Shown: piece by piece, positions 19,796 to 30,122 of the stretch | How the letters are laid out: each line of letters starts with the position of its first letter | How positions within the stretch are numbered: position 1 is the stretch's first letter | Assembly (NCBI GenBank): GCA_963808775.1 | Contig: CAWEGR010000006.1 | Coordinates: 5,638 to 69,637, forward strand | DNA length: 64,000 nucleotides | Direction: 5' to 3' | From: an uncultured Thermoleophilaceae bacterium | GTDB taxonomy: Bacteria > Actinomycetota > Thermoleophilia > Solirubrobacterales > Thermoleophilaceae | Translations under genes and position numbers: made by a program | The notes under the pieces: generated by a model | Told to the model about the DNA's origin: nothing | Seen by the model: the letters and a program-made list of their open reading frames with translations, nothing else | Databases searched by the model: none

Positions 19796-20545
19796 TCAGC
19801 GCAGGACCTCGACGAGCAGCACCCAGGCGTTCAGCACCGCTGCGACGATCGTCAGCATCAGCCCGGCTGCGACCCAGTAGAGGCCGTCACGTGCGGCGTC
19901 CAGGAACCGGCCCATCAGCTTCAGCCGCTCGTCCGCCTCGGCCGGCCACGCGTCGACGGCCTGCGGCCACCAGGACCACTCGTCGTGCTCGGCGTCCGGG
20001 ACGGGCGTCGAGTCATCCGGCACCGTGGCGAGCCCGACCAGCATCGTCATCCCGTTGGGCAGGCCGACGAGCGCCTCGACGCTGAGCGAGTCCGGCACGA
20101 GCCGCCACTCCTCGGCGAGCTCGCGCGAGAGCGTCTCCGCCGGGCTCTCGCCGAGGTCGACGGCGCCCCCGGCCCCGAGCGCCCAGCGTCCCGCCCATTG
20201 CGACACCCAGCCCGCGCGCCGGCCGGCGAGCCAGCGCCCGTCCTGCGCGCGCACGACGCAGAGCGCGGTCAGGCTGTCGCAGGCCGAGCCCTCGAGCAGG
20301 CGCAGCGCCCAGCGCACGGGCTGCAGCTCGAGCAGCAGGCCGCCGTTCGGCTCGCTGTAGGCCGCGAGCCGGGTGGCCATTCCGTCGTGCGCGGGCGAGC
20401 CGCGCTCGCGCAGCTCCCGGACGGCTTCGTCCGCGCGGCGCTCGAGCTCTGCCGGCGGCTCGAACGGCTCCTCGCGCCAGCTCGCCTCGATCTGCTCGGG
20501 ACGCCACGGACCGCGCGCGAGCATGCCGGGGCGGTTGGCGATCAC
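19796..20545 (-). CDS. NUDIX hydrolase with C-terminal TM helix
   Basis: Nudix box [22 protein letters not shown]. Tail [27 protein letters not shown] at 20545 overlaps the upstream stop as GTGA. ATG at 20524 is an alternative start. Confidence 0.75.
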   Translation of the reverse strand: MIANRPGMLARGPWRPEQIEASWREEPFEPPAELERRADEAVRELRERGSPAHDGMATRLAAYSEPNGGLLLELQPVRWALRLLEGSACDSLTALCVVRAQDGRWLAGRRAGWVSQWAGRWALGAGGAVDLGESPAETLSRELAEEWRLVPDSLSVEALVGLPNGMTMLVGLATVPDDSTPVPDAEHDEWSWWPQAVDAWPAEADERLKLMGRFLDAARDGLYWVAAGLMLTIVAAVLNAWVLLVEVLR

Positions 20546-22293
20546 ACGCTGGAATGTAGTCCCCGGGCGCCCGCTCGCTCGGCATCCATGCGGTTGAGCA
20601 CGGACAGGAACGCCGCCACCACGCGCGAGTCGAACTGCGACCCCGCGCAGCGGAGCAGCTCGCCGCGCGCGGCGCGCTCGCCCATGCCGACGCGGTACAC
20701 GCGGTCCGCGGTCATCGCCTCGTAGGCGTCGCTGACCGCGAGGATCTTCGCCTCGAGCGGAATGTCCGCCGCGCCGAGGCCGCGCGGGTAGCCGAGCCCG
20801 TCGGGGCGCTCGTGGTGGCAGAGGATCCACTCGCGCAGGTCCTCGAAGCCGCGCCCGCTGAGGATCTGGGCACCGATCTCGGGGTGCGTGCGGATCTCGG
20901 CGAGCTCGACCTTGCCGAGCGACCCGGGCTTCTTCAGGATCGCGTCGGGCAGCCCGATCTTGCCGATGTCGTGGAGGATGCCGCCGACCTCGACGCGCTT
21001 GGCGCGTTCAGGCGAGAGCCCGAGCTCGCGTGCGATCAGGCCGCAGAGGAGGCCGACCGTGCGCGAGTGGCTGGCCGTGCCCGTGTCGCGCAGGTCGAGC
21101 GCCTCGGCGAGCGAGAGCAGGGTCGCGAGCTGCACCTCGTCGGCGCCGCGCCCGGCCTCGGGAGCGAAGATGGTCGAGATCTCCGGGCTGAAGATCACGG
21201 AGCGGTTGCGCCCGAGCGCCTTGGCCGCGTAGAGCGCCTGGTCGGCTGCCTCGACCACCGCGTCCGCGGAGCGGCCGTGCAGCGGGTAGGTGGCCACGCC
21301 GAAGGAGAACGTGAGGCCGGCGGGGTCATCCGCGAAGTCGCGCTCGACCGAGCCGCGCAGGCGCTCCGCCACGAGGTACGCCTCGTGCTCGCTCGCCCCC
21401 GGGAGCAGGATCGTGAACTCCTCACCCCCGGTGCGCGCGATCGAGTCGCCGGCGCGGCGGTGGCTCTCGAGGATGCTCCCCACCTTGACGAGGGCGTCAT
21501 CGCCCGCGCCGTGGCCGAGCCGGTCGTTGACCGACTTGAAGTGGTCGAGGTCGCCGATCACGACGCTGAGGGGGGTCTCGGAGCGCAGCGCGCGCTCGAC
21601 CTCCGCCGCCAGCTCGCGGTCGAACGCGAGGCGGTTCATCAGTCCCGTGAGGGTGTCCGTGAGGGCGGCCTGCGAGAGCTCGCGGACGAGCTTCTGCACG
21701 CCGTCGCGAACCTGTCGCAGGCCGCCGGCCGCGGGGAACAGCACGCCGACGAGGGTGATCCAGCTCGCGGCGACCGCGTCGGGCGGAGCCACCTCGAGCA
21801 GCACGATCAGGTAGCACCCCGACATGAAGCCGAGCTGCACGGCCGCGGCGCGGGTCGGGAAGAAGTAGGCGGCGTAGAGGCCGAGCCAGAGGTAGAGCAT
21901 CGCCCCGGAGAGCACGGCGCCGCTGCCCCAGAGCCACACGTGCATCGTCACGAGCAGCGTGCCAAGCGACGCGCACAGCTCGAGCGCCATCTGGTTGACC
22001 CGGTCGGCGAGGAGGAAGAGGCACCCGGCGATGAGCCCGCACACGAGCGGGATCACGAGCCGCTCGGCGCTGTAGCCGTCCGGGGCGGGCAGCACGGCGA
22101 CCGCGAGCAGGATCAGGCCGAGCCCGCCGAAGATCACGGCAGCGACACGCGCCGAGAATCGCGTGCTCGGTTCGACAGCCGTTATCCCCTGCCGGGACCA
22201 GCCGACACCCATGTCCGGGCCTCCATCGGACATCAGCCACCCATCGGCCGCGAACGTCCGCATCGTGAGACCTGACCACACGCTTGGCCGCAT
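20542..22293 (-). CDS. Membrane-bound GGDEF plus HD-GYP protein
   Basis: About 5-6 TM segments, then [10 protein letters not shown] (GGEEF), then HSRTV...[12 protein letters not shown]...[13 protein letters not shown] (HD-GYP). Start is uncertain among 22293, 22263, 22233 and 22212. Confidence 0.85.
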   Translation of the reverse strand: MRPSVWSGLTMRTFAADGWLMSDGGPDMGVGWSRQGITAVEPSTRFSARVAAVIFGGLGLILLAVAVLPAPDGYSAERLVIPLVCGLIAGCLFLLADRVNQMALELCASLGTLLVTMHVWLWGSGAVLSGAMLYLWLGLYAAYFFPTRAAAVQLGFMSGCYLIVLLEVAPPDAVAASWITLVGVLFPAAGGLRQVRDGVQKLVRELSQAALTDTLTGLMNRLAFDRELAAEVERALRSETPLSVVIGDLDHFKSVNDRLGHGAGDDALVKVGSILESHRRAGDSIARTGGEEFTILLPGASEHEAYLVAERLRGSVERDFADDPAGLTFSFGVATYPLHGRSADAVVEAADQALYAAKALGRNRSVIFSPEISTIFAPEAGRGADEVQLATLLSLAEALDLRDTGTASHSRTVGLLCGLIARELGLSPERAKRVEVGGILHDIGKIGLPDAILKKPGSLGKVELAEIRTHPEIGAQILSGRGFEDLREWILCHHERPDGLGYPRGLGAADIPLEAKILAVSDAYEAMTADRVYRVGMGERAARGELLRCAGSQFDSRVVAAFLSVLNRMDAERAGARGLHSSV

Positions 22294-22313
22294 ATTTGCG
22301 GCGCGTACGCAGC

Positions 22314-22971
22314 TCAGGCGCCGAGCTCGTCGCGCAGCGCGCGCAGGCCCGCGCGCAGCTCCGCGACCTCGCGCTCGAGCGCCTCGACCCGCTCGGCGAG
22401 ACCATCGGCCTCCGGCGCGGGCGGCGGCTCGACGGGCGCCGCGGCAACCGGCGCCGGCGATGGCGGCGCCTCCTCCGGCTCCTCGCCCCCTCCCCCGAGG
22501 AGCTGCGTCCAGCGCTCCTCGCGCTGGCCCGGCCGGCGCGCGTGGCGCGCCACGCGCTCCGATTCGGCGAGCCGCGCGAGCGTGGCATCGAGCTCGTCCG
22601 CGCTCTCGAACGGCGTGCAGCCGCTCGGTGCGCGTGCGCAGCTCCCCATGCGTCTGCGGGCCACGCAGCATCAGCACGGCGAGCACCGCCAGCTCGTCGG
22701 GCGCGAGCCCGAGCTCGCGGTCGAACGTCTGCCGGTATTTCATCGTCCTCCGGTTCGCCCAGCTCGCGAGGGTCGCCCACCTGCGCGCGATCAGCCGGTC
22801 GACGGCGGCCCGCACCGTGCCCTCGTCGTAGTCGACGACCGGGTCGCGGTTCGTCGACTGGTTGCAGGCAAGCCGCAGCGAGTTGAGCGTGAGCGGGTAG
22901 ACGTCCGGCGTGGTGCGCTGCTTCTCGATCAGGCAGCCCAGCACGCGGATCTCGGCGGCATCAGGATCCAT
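22314..22971 (-). CDS. DUF480 (YceH) family protein, one frame break near 22615
   Basis: [46 protein letters not shown]...[19 protein letters not shown] joins [18 protein letters not shown]...[19 protein letters not shown]. This matches my memory of E. coli YceH end to end. Confidence 0.75.
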
Positions 22972-22985
22972 GCCTGGCCGCCAGC

Positions 22986-23975
22986 CTAACCCGAGCGCGC
23001 ACGGCAGCGGGCCGGGGCGCGGGTGTCGCTCAGGACCCGCTCGAGCGCGCGCGGATGCGAGGTCATGATGCCGTCGACGCACATCCCCACGAGCCGGCGC
23101 CAGGTCGGGCCGGAGTCGGAGTCGTCGCCCGAGAACCAGTTCTGCCACGCGTAGCCCTCGGCATGGGCGCGCGCCACGTTGTCCGCCGTCGTGACCTCGA
23201 TCAGCGCCTCGCCGAGCTGATACGTGATCGGCACCTGGAAGACGGCAACGCCGTCGCCGGGCGAGGCGCCGCCGAGCAGCCAGCCGGCCGCGCCGTCGAT
23301 GCCCGGCGCGAGGTCGATGCGCGGGACGAGCTCGTGGAAGCGCTCGACGGCGGCCTGCCTGAACGAGGCCACGATCAGGTCGCGGCGCCGCGTGTCGTCA
23401 AGGAGCCGGGCGAGCACCCCGGCGTTGCGAACGTACTCCTCGGTCTCCTCGTCGGGCGTGCGGCCCTTGATCTCGATGTTGATCGGCGTGCGCGGGAACG
23501 CGCGCATCACCTGGGCGAGCGTCGGCACGCGGAAGTCGGAGGCGCGGAACCCGCGTGGCGGCCTGCGCCGGCCGGTCGCCACGCCGCGGAAGCGATAGGC
23601 GCGGCGCGGCAGGTCGTGGCTGTAGTGGTCCTCCGCGCGGGGCGCGAACCAGTACGCGGCGTCGAGCCGCCTGACCTGACGCAGGGTGAGCGAGGAGACG
23701 TTTCCGGTGCCGTTCGTCTTGCCGTCGACGGTCGTGTCGTGCATGACGATGACCTTTCCGTCCTTCGTCACGCCGATGTCGAGCTCGAGCATGTCCGCGC
23801 CCGCGGCGATGGCCCTGCGGAACGCGTACATCGTGTTCGACGGGGATTCGTCCTCGCCGCCCTGGTGGGCGATGTTGATGGCCTTCGGCTCGCGCCAGCG
23901 GTTCCCGCCCTGGGCGAGGGCTGCCGCGGGCAGCGCGAGCAGCAGGACGAGCGCAAGCGGGATCGTCTTCCTCAT
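22986..23975 (-). CDS. Secreted glycerophosphodiester phosphodiesterase
   Basis: Signal peptide [25 protein letters not shown] motifs [27 protein letters not shown] and INIEIK. Confidence 0.9.
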   Translation of the reverse strand: MRKTIPLALVLLLALPAAALAQGGNRWREPKAINIAHQGGEDESPSNTMYAFRRAIAAGADMLELDIGVTKDGKVIVMHDTTVDGKTNGTGNVSSLTLRQVRRLDAAYWFAPRAEDHYSHDLPRRAYRFRGVATGRRRPPRGFRASDFRVPTLAQVMRAFPRTPINIEIKGRTPDEETEEYVRNAGVLARLLDDTRRRDLIVASFRQAAVERFHELVPRIDLAPGIDGAAGWLLGGASPGDGVAVFQVPITYQLGEALIEVTTADNVARAHAEGYAWQNWFSGDDSDSGPTWRRLVGMCVDGIMTSHPRALERVLSDTRAPARCRARSG

Positions 23976-24019
23976 CGCCGGGTCAAACTAGCCGATGGCC
24001 GCGTGCCATATTCGAGGCC

Positions 24020-25234
24020 GTGCGCGTCTACCGAAGCATCCTGCGCACGCCGAAGGTCGGCGTCGTCGTCCTCGCCGCGCTGATCGGGCGGCTGCCGATC
24101 GGCATCAGCGGCCTTGCGATCCTGCTCTACGTCGAGGACACGACCGGCTCGTTCGCCGCCGCGGGCGCGTGCGCCGGTGCGCTCGCGCTCGGGAGCGCGC
24201 TCGGCGCGCCGTTCCAGGGCAGGCTCGTGGACCACCGTGGCGACGGCGTGCTGCTGCCGCTCGCGGTCGTGCACGCAGCCGGACTCGTGCTCGTCTGGAC
24301 GCTCGGCGCCGCCTCCGCCGGCGTCGCGCTGCTCGCGTCCGTGTCGTTCGTGACCGGCGCCGCGCTGCCGCCGCTCTCCTCCGTCCTGCGCTCGCGCTGG
24401 CCCAACCTCCTCGCCGGCTCGCCCGAGCTGCTCAGGGGGGCGTACGCGCTCGACTCGGTGATGATCGAGCTGATCTTCGTCACGGGGCCCCTCCTGACCA
24501 CGGTGATCATGGTCCTGGTCGGGCCGCAGTACGCGCTCGCGGTGTCGGCCGCGTGTGCGCTCAGCGGGACCACGCCTGATGCTCGCCGGCCTGCGCTCGG
24601 TCGAGCGCCCCGAGGGACCGGGCGCCGACGTTCGCGCCTTCGGCCTCGGCGCGCTCGCCGCGCCGGGGATGCGCACGCTCGTGCTGGCGAGCCTGCCCGT
24701 CGGGTTCGCCCTCGGCACCCTCGAGGTGACGCTGCCCGCGTTCAGCCACGAGGAGGGCTCGGAGGCCCTCGCGGGCATCCTGCTCGCGGTCTGGTCGGCG
24801 TCGAGCGGGATCTCGGGGCTCATCTATGGCAGCCGCGCGGAGGCCCGCGATCTCGACGAGACCCATGTGCGCCTGGCGCTGCTCCTGCCGCTCGCCTGCG
24901 CGGCCCTGCTCGCCGCGAGCTCACCGCTCTCGATGGCGCTGCTCGCGATCGTCGCCGGCGCGCCGATCGCGCCGCTGATCGCGTCGCGCAACCAGCTCGT
25001 CGGAGTGGTCGCCCCGAGGGGGACCGCCACGGAGGCGTTCACGTGGCCGCTGACGGCGCTCGTGACCGGCGTGTCGCTCGGCGCGGCCGTGGCGGGCGCG
25101 CTCGTCGAGAGCCACTCGTGGATGGCCGGCGTGCTCGCCTCGGTCGGCGTCTCGGCGCTCGGCGCGATCGTGCTGCTCGCGCGCCGCGAGACGCTCGTGC
25201 CCGCCCTCGGCCGCTGCCTAGACTCGCCGCGTGA
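24020..25234 (+). CDS. MFS transporter, frame break near 24575 and an unresolved 3' end
   Basis: TM-rich MRVYRSILRTPKVGVVVLAALIGRLPIGISGLAILLYV... continues in another frame as LMLAGLRSVERPEG...LLAVWSASSGISGLIYG...SVGVSALGAIVLLARRE. That frame has no stop until 27017. TAG at 25219 or TGA at 25232 needs one more shift. Confidence 0.7.
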   Translation: MRVYRSILRTPKVGVVVLAALIGRLPIGISGLAILLYVEDTTGSFAAAGACAGALALGSALGAPFQGRLVDHRGDGVLLPLAVVHAAGLVLVWTLGAASAGVALLASVSFVTGAALPPLSSVLRSRWPNLLAGSPELLRGAYALDSVMIELIFVTGPLLTTVIMVLVGPQYALAVSAACALSGTTPDARRPALGRAPRGTGRRRSRLRPRRARRAGDAHARAGEPARRVRPRHPRGDAARVQPRGGLGGPRGHPARGLVGVERDLGAHLWQPRGGPRSRRDPCAPGAAPAARLRGPARRELTALDGAARDRRRRADRAADRVAQPARRSGRPEGDRHGGVHVAADGARDRRVARRGRGGRARREPLVDGRRARLGRRLGARRDRAARAPRDARARPRPLPRLAA

Positions 25235-28090
25235 GCGTGGAGCACGGGCTCGTCGGTCGCCAGGCGGAGGTCGCGCACCTCGCGGCCGCGCTCGGCGAGG
25301 CCCGGCTCGGGCGCGGCTCGATCGTGCTGGTGAGCGGGGACGCGGGCGTCGGCAAGACGCGGCTCGTGTCCTCACTGGTCGCGGACGCCGGGGTCCTGAC
25401 GCTGCGCGGGGCGCCGGCGCACGGCGCCTCGCCACCCTATGGCCCCCTGGTGGCGGCGTTCCGAGGCCACCTGCGCGAGCACCCGGACGCGCTCTCCGGC
25501 AGCGGCCCGCTGCAGGGCCAGCTCGCGCTGCTGCTGCCCGAGCTCGGCGAGCCCGACGCTGCCGCCGACCGGCCCGCGCTGTTCGAGGCGATCCGCTCCG
25601 CGCTCGAGCGCCTGACGGAGGATGCCCCCGCGCTGCTCGTGCTCGACGACCTGCAGTGGTCGGACGAGGCGACGCTCGAGCTGCTCGCCGCGCTCGGCGA
25701 GCCCCTGCGCACCCTGCCGCTGCTCGTGGTGGCCACGTATCGGTCGGACGGGCTCGCGCGCGATCACGGCGTGCGGCGGCTGCGCAACGACCTGCGCCGC
25801 GCGGGCCAGCTCGACGAGCTCGCGCTGCAGCCGCTCGGCCTCGACGAGACGCGCGCGCTGCTCGAGCAGGTGCTCGGCGGCGAGATCGCGCCCTCGCTCG
25901 CGCGCGCGATCCACGACCGGACCGAGGGCATCCCCTTCTACGTGGAGGAGCTCGCGGGCGCCCTGCGCATCAGCGAGGCGGTGCGCCCGGGGCGGCGCGG
26001 GCTCGAGCTGGCCGCGCGCGACGAGGTGCCGCTGCCGGACACGGTTCGCGACGCTGTGCTGGTCGGCGCCTCCGAGCTCTCCGACGAGGCTCGGGTGGCG
26101 GCCGACGTTGCGGCGGTGGCGGGCGAGTCCTTCGACCTCGAGGCGGTCGCCTCGCTGTCGAGCGCTGCCGGGCTGTCCGAGCTGATCGAGAGCGGCCTCG
26201 TGCGCGAGGAGCCGGGCGCGAGCGCGGGCTTCCGGCACGCCCTCGCGCAGGAGGCGCTCTACGCGAACGTCCCGTGGATGCGCCGGCGCGAGCTGCACGG
26301 CGAGCTCGCCGCGGCGCTCGAGGCACGCGGAGCCGGGAGCCGGGAGCTCGCGCGCCACCACGTCGGCGCCGGGGACTCGCAGCGGGCCCGGGTGGCGCTC
26401 GCGCTCGCGGCCGCCGAATCGGAGGCGGTGCACGCGCATCGCGACGCCGCGGAGACGGGCCGGCAGGCCCTCGCCCTCTGGCCGGCGGCCGACGACGAAG
26501 ACAGGCGCACGGCCCTGCTCGAGCTGTACGCGCGCTGCTGCCGGCTCGCGGGCGAGCTGTCCGAGGCTGCGCTGGCGTGGGGCGAGCTCGTGGCGGTGCG
26601 CGGGGCCGCCGGCGACCGTGGCGGCGTGGCCGACGCCCATCGCGAGCTGGCCGCGGTGCGCGACCTCCAGGGCGACCGCGACGCCGCGTTCGCCGCGCGC
26701 TCGCTCGCCGCCGAGACCTACGCCGCGGAGAACCGCGTCGGCCGAGGCTGCGGTGGAGCTGCTCGCGATGGCCAATCAGCGCCGGTCCGCGGCGCGGCAC
26801 GAGGAGGCGATCGAGCTCGCGGGCAGAGCTCGGGAGCAGGCGAGGGCGGCCGACCGGCTTGACCTCGAGATCCGCGCGACCGGCCTCGAGGGTCTCGCGC
26901 GCGCGAAGGCGGGCGACTATGACGGAGGTCTCGAGATCGTCCGCGGCGGGCTCGCGCTCGCGCTCGAGCACGACCTCACCGGGGTCGCGGCGGAGCTGTA
27001 CCAGCGCCTCAGCGTGACCCTCTACGACTCGGCCGACTACCGGCGCGCCGAGGAGGCTCTCGACACCGCCCTCGAGCTCTGCGAGGCGAGCCCGGACGCC
27101 GACACCGAGGTCGCGTGCGTGACCTGCATGGCCTTCGTCCTGCGCGAGCGCGGCGACTGGCGACGCGCGGGCGAGATGTGCCGCGAGCTGATCGCCCAGG
27201 GGACCGCGGTCTGGGTGGCCGAGGGCCTCCTGGGCGCGATTCACGGGTTCGAGGGAAAGCACGCCTCGGCGCGCCGGCTGCTCGGCTCGTCGCTCGCCAC
27301 GGCGGCGACGCTGGGCCACTACAACATGACGGTGGACACGCACGGAGCGCTCGCGCGCGTGGCGGCGTCCGAGGGCTCGGCCGACGAGGCGAAGGAGCGC
27401 TGCCGCACGATCCTCTCGCTCTGGGAGGAGAGCAACGACCACCACTACGCGATCGGCGGCATCCGCTGGGGCGCGGCGTTCTTCGCCGCCGAGGGCGAGC
27501 GCGAGGGGCTGCACGCCTGCGTCGACGCCCTGACGCGGATCGCCTCCGCCACCGGCCACGCGGATGCGCTCGCGGCGCTCGCCCACGCGCTCGCCGAAAC
27601 CGCCCTGATGGAAGGCGATCCGGAGACCGCCGCCGAGCAGCTCTCGCGCGCGGTCGAGCTCCATCGCGGCCTTGACCTGCCCTTCGCGGGGGCCGAGATC
27701 GAGTACCGAGCCGGCGTGGCCCTCGCCGCGGCCGGCGAGCGGGAGCTCGCGCTGGAGCGCCTGCAGGACTCCTACCGCGCGGCGCGCAAGCTGGGCGCCC
27801 GCCCGCTGGCGCTGAACGCGGCGCGCGAGGTGGCAGCGCTCGGGGGCTCGGTGGCGGGCAGGCTGGGGCGCCGCGCGGCCGACGAGGTGGAGAGCGCCGG
27901 GCTGTCGCCGCGCGAGCGCGAGGTCGTGCGGCTGCTCGCCGAGGGGCGGACCAACCGGGAGATCGCGCAGGACCTCTTCCTCAGCACGCGCACGGTCGAC
28001 ATGCACGTGCGCAACATCCTGCGCAAGCTCGACTGCCGCTCACGCGTCGAGGCGGCCGGCCGCGCTCGCGAGCTCGGCCTGACCGCCTGA
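25231..28090 (+). CDS. Large LuxR-family regulator (AAA ATPase, TPR-like repeats, C-terminal HTH), one frame break near 26740
   Basis: GRQAEVAHLAAALGEARLGRGSIVLVSGDAGVGKTRL (Walker A) and LLVLDDLQWSD (Walker B). C-terminus LSPREREVVRLLAEGRTNREIAQDLFLSTRTVDMHVRNILRKL. Confidence 0.8.
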
Positions 28091-28094
28091 AGCG

Positions 28095-28797
28095 CTACTT
28101 GAGGATCTTGCCGATGCGCTCCGCGGAGTCCGCCACGCGCTCGATGTCCTGCGAGACGGACCGGCCCTTCTGGCCGAAGCTCTCGGTTGCCTTGCCGAGC
28201 TTCTTCGCGGTCTTGCGCATCGACTTCGAGCTGACGTCGGGCGTCGACACCTTCGGCTTGGGCAGGCTCACCTTCGGCACCTTGACGCCGAGCACCTTGC
28301 GCTTCGGAGTGCGCGCCTTGACGGCCGCGACCGCGACCGCGCCGGCCACGCCGGCCGCCGCGGCTCCGGCGGCGAGCGCCGGGCCCTTCGCCTTCTGGGC
28401 GATCGTCCCGATCGTGCCGTTGCCGTTCGAGCTCGACGAGCGGCTCTTGCCGGATGAGCGGCTCGAGCTCGAGCGCGAGCCTGATCCGTTCGACCCCGAG
28501 CGCGAGCGGGTCGACGCGGAGCTCGCCCGCGAGCCGTTCGCTCGACTTCGCGCGCGTGCCGCCCGAGCTGGCCCGGGCCCCGGTCGACTTGGCCCGCGTG
28601 CCCGACGACTTCGCGCCCGTGCCGCCCGACTTGGCGCGCGAGCCGGACGACTTCGCGCGCGTGCCGGACGACTTTGCGCCCGCGCCGGACGAGCTCGCCC
28701 GCGTCCCGGTCGACTTCGCGCGCGTGCCGCTCGGCTTCGCCGAACTGCCGCTGCGCTTCTTTGCTCCACCTGATTCTGATGTCTTTGTGTCAGCCAT
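28095..28797 (-). CDS. Low-complexity heptad-repeat protein with one TM helix, function unknown (frame break near 28535)
   Basis: ATG at 28797 after GGGAGAG. Ten in-register SGTRAKS-type heptads, then an S/R/G-rich linker, TM segment GPALAAGAAAAGVAGAVAVAAV, and tail ...DIERVADSAERIGKILK in the other frame. Confidence 0.55.
28543..28752. repeat. 10 imperfect tandem copies of a 21-bp unit (cgacttcgcgcgcgtgccgsc), in frame
   Basis: Unit starts at 28543, 28564, 28585, 28606, 28627, 28648, 28669, 28690, 28711 and 28732 keep perfect 21-nt register. On the minus strand they encode (S/G/T)G(T/S/A)(R/G)A(K/S)S heptads. Confidence 0.85.
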
Positions 28798-28859
28798 GAC
28801 ACTCTCCCGCTACCCGCTTGTGCGGCATGTAACCGGCGTGAATGCATACGCTCATCCGC

Positions 28860-29309
28860 ATGGGAAACATCAGCGGTGCGCGCACTGTCGAGATCGACGC
28901 CCCGATCGAGCGTTGCTTCGAGATCGCGGCAGACATCCCGAACGCGATCGAGTGGCAGGGATCGCTCAAGGACGTCGAGGTGCTGGAGCGCGACCCCGAC
29001 AAGCGGGCCGCGCTCGTCGAGACGGAGTCCGACGCGAAGGTGAAGCATGTGAAGGCCCTGCTCCGCTTCTCCTATGAGGAGCCCACCGCGATCCGCTGGG
29101 TGCAGGAGAAGGGCGACACGAAGTCGCTGATCGGCTCGTGGACCTTCGAGGACCTGGGCGAGGGGCGCACGCGCGCGACCTACGCGCTCGACGCCGATCC
29201 GGGCCGCATGCTCGGCCTGCTCCTGCGCGGGCCGGCGGAAACGAAGGTCCGGGACTTCCTGCTCGGCGACGCCGCGGAGGGTCTGAAGCAGCGCGCCGAG
29301 GGCGGCTAG
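28860..29309 (+). CDS. SRPBCC-superfamily protein (polyketide cyclase/dehydrase-like)
   Basis: RTVEIDAPIERCFEIAADIPNAIEWQGSLKDVEVLERD...SWTFEDLGEGRTRATYAL is a typical START/Bet v1-like fold signature. ATG at 28842 is an alternative start. Confidence 0.8.
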   Translation: MGNISGARTVEIDAPIERCFEIAADIPNAIEWQGSLKDVEVLERDPDKRAALVETESDAKVKHVKALLRFSYEEPTAIRWVQEKGDTKSLIGSWTFEDLGEGRTRATYALDADPGRMLGLLLRGPAETKVRDFLLGDAAEGLKQRAEGG

Positions 29310-30085
29310 CCGGCCGGCGGCCGGTGGCCGAGGCTCTCGGGCCAGTCGCCGAGGGCGAGCAGGTCCCGCGCGGCGTCCGCGAGCGCGGCGTAGGCGATGC
29401 CCATTCCGCCCGGCCCGAGGCTCACGCGCGCGACACCCGCCGCCGCGAGCTCGCGCAGGGGCGGCGCCGACGGCAGCGCGAGGATGTTGACCGGGGCGTC
29501 GAGCTCGGCGGTCAGGGCGCGGATGTCCTCCAGGTCGAGCAGGCCGGGAATGAAGAAGCAATCGCCGCCCGCGTCGAGATACGCGCGCCCGCGCGCGATC
29601 GCCTCGTCGAGGCGGCGCTCGCCGAGCAGGTACTCGTCGGAGCGCGCGTTGATGACGAGCGGCACTCCCTCGCGCTCGGCGCGCTCCCGCACGGCCGCGA
29701 CCGTCGCGGCGTGCTCGGCCGCCGGGCGCAGACGGTCCTCGAGGTTGACGCCGACCGCGCCCGCGGCGATCACGCGCGCGACGGTCTCGGCGATCTCGTC
29801 GGCGCTGTCTCCATAGCCGGCCTCGATGTCCGCGGTCACCGGCAGCTCCACCGCCTGGGCGATGCGCTCGATCGCGCACAGCATGAGCGGCAGCGGGATG
29901 CGCTCGCCGTCCTTGTAGCCGTGCGCCGCGGCGATCGACCAGCTCGCCGTGGCGAGCGCGCGGCACCCCGGTGCGCCGGCGACGGTGCGCGCGCTCGCGA
30001 CGTCCCAGACGTTCACGAGCACGAGCGGATCTCCCGGCCGGTGCAGCTCTCGCAGGGCCGCTGCCTTCTTCGCCTGGTCGCCCAT
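29306..30085 (-). CDS. Isocitrate lyase / PEP mutase family protein (2-methylisocitrate lyase-like)
   Basis: LHRPGDPLVLVNVWDVASAR...ELPVTADIEAGYG...GAVGVNLED...PLVINARSD is the ICL/PEPM TIM-barrel pattern. Confidence 0.85.
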   Translation of the reverse strand: MGDQAKKAAALRELHRPGDPLVLVNVWDVASARTVAGAPGCRALATASWSIAAAHGYKDGERIPLPLMLCAIERIAQAVELPVTADIEAGYGDSADEIAETVARVIAAGAVGVNLEDRLRPAAEHAATVAAVRERAEREGVPLVINARSDEYLLGERRLDEAIARGRAYLDAGGDCFFIPGLLDLEDIRALTAELDAPVNILALPSAPPLRELAAAGVARVSLGPGGMGIAYAALADAARDLLALGDWPESLGHRPPAG

Positions 30086-30122
30086 GGAGTGGCGAACGAT
30101 ACGGCGGGGCAAGATCACGCAC

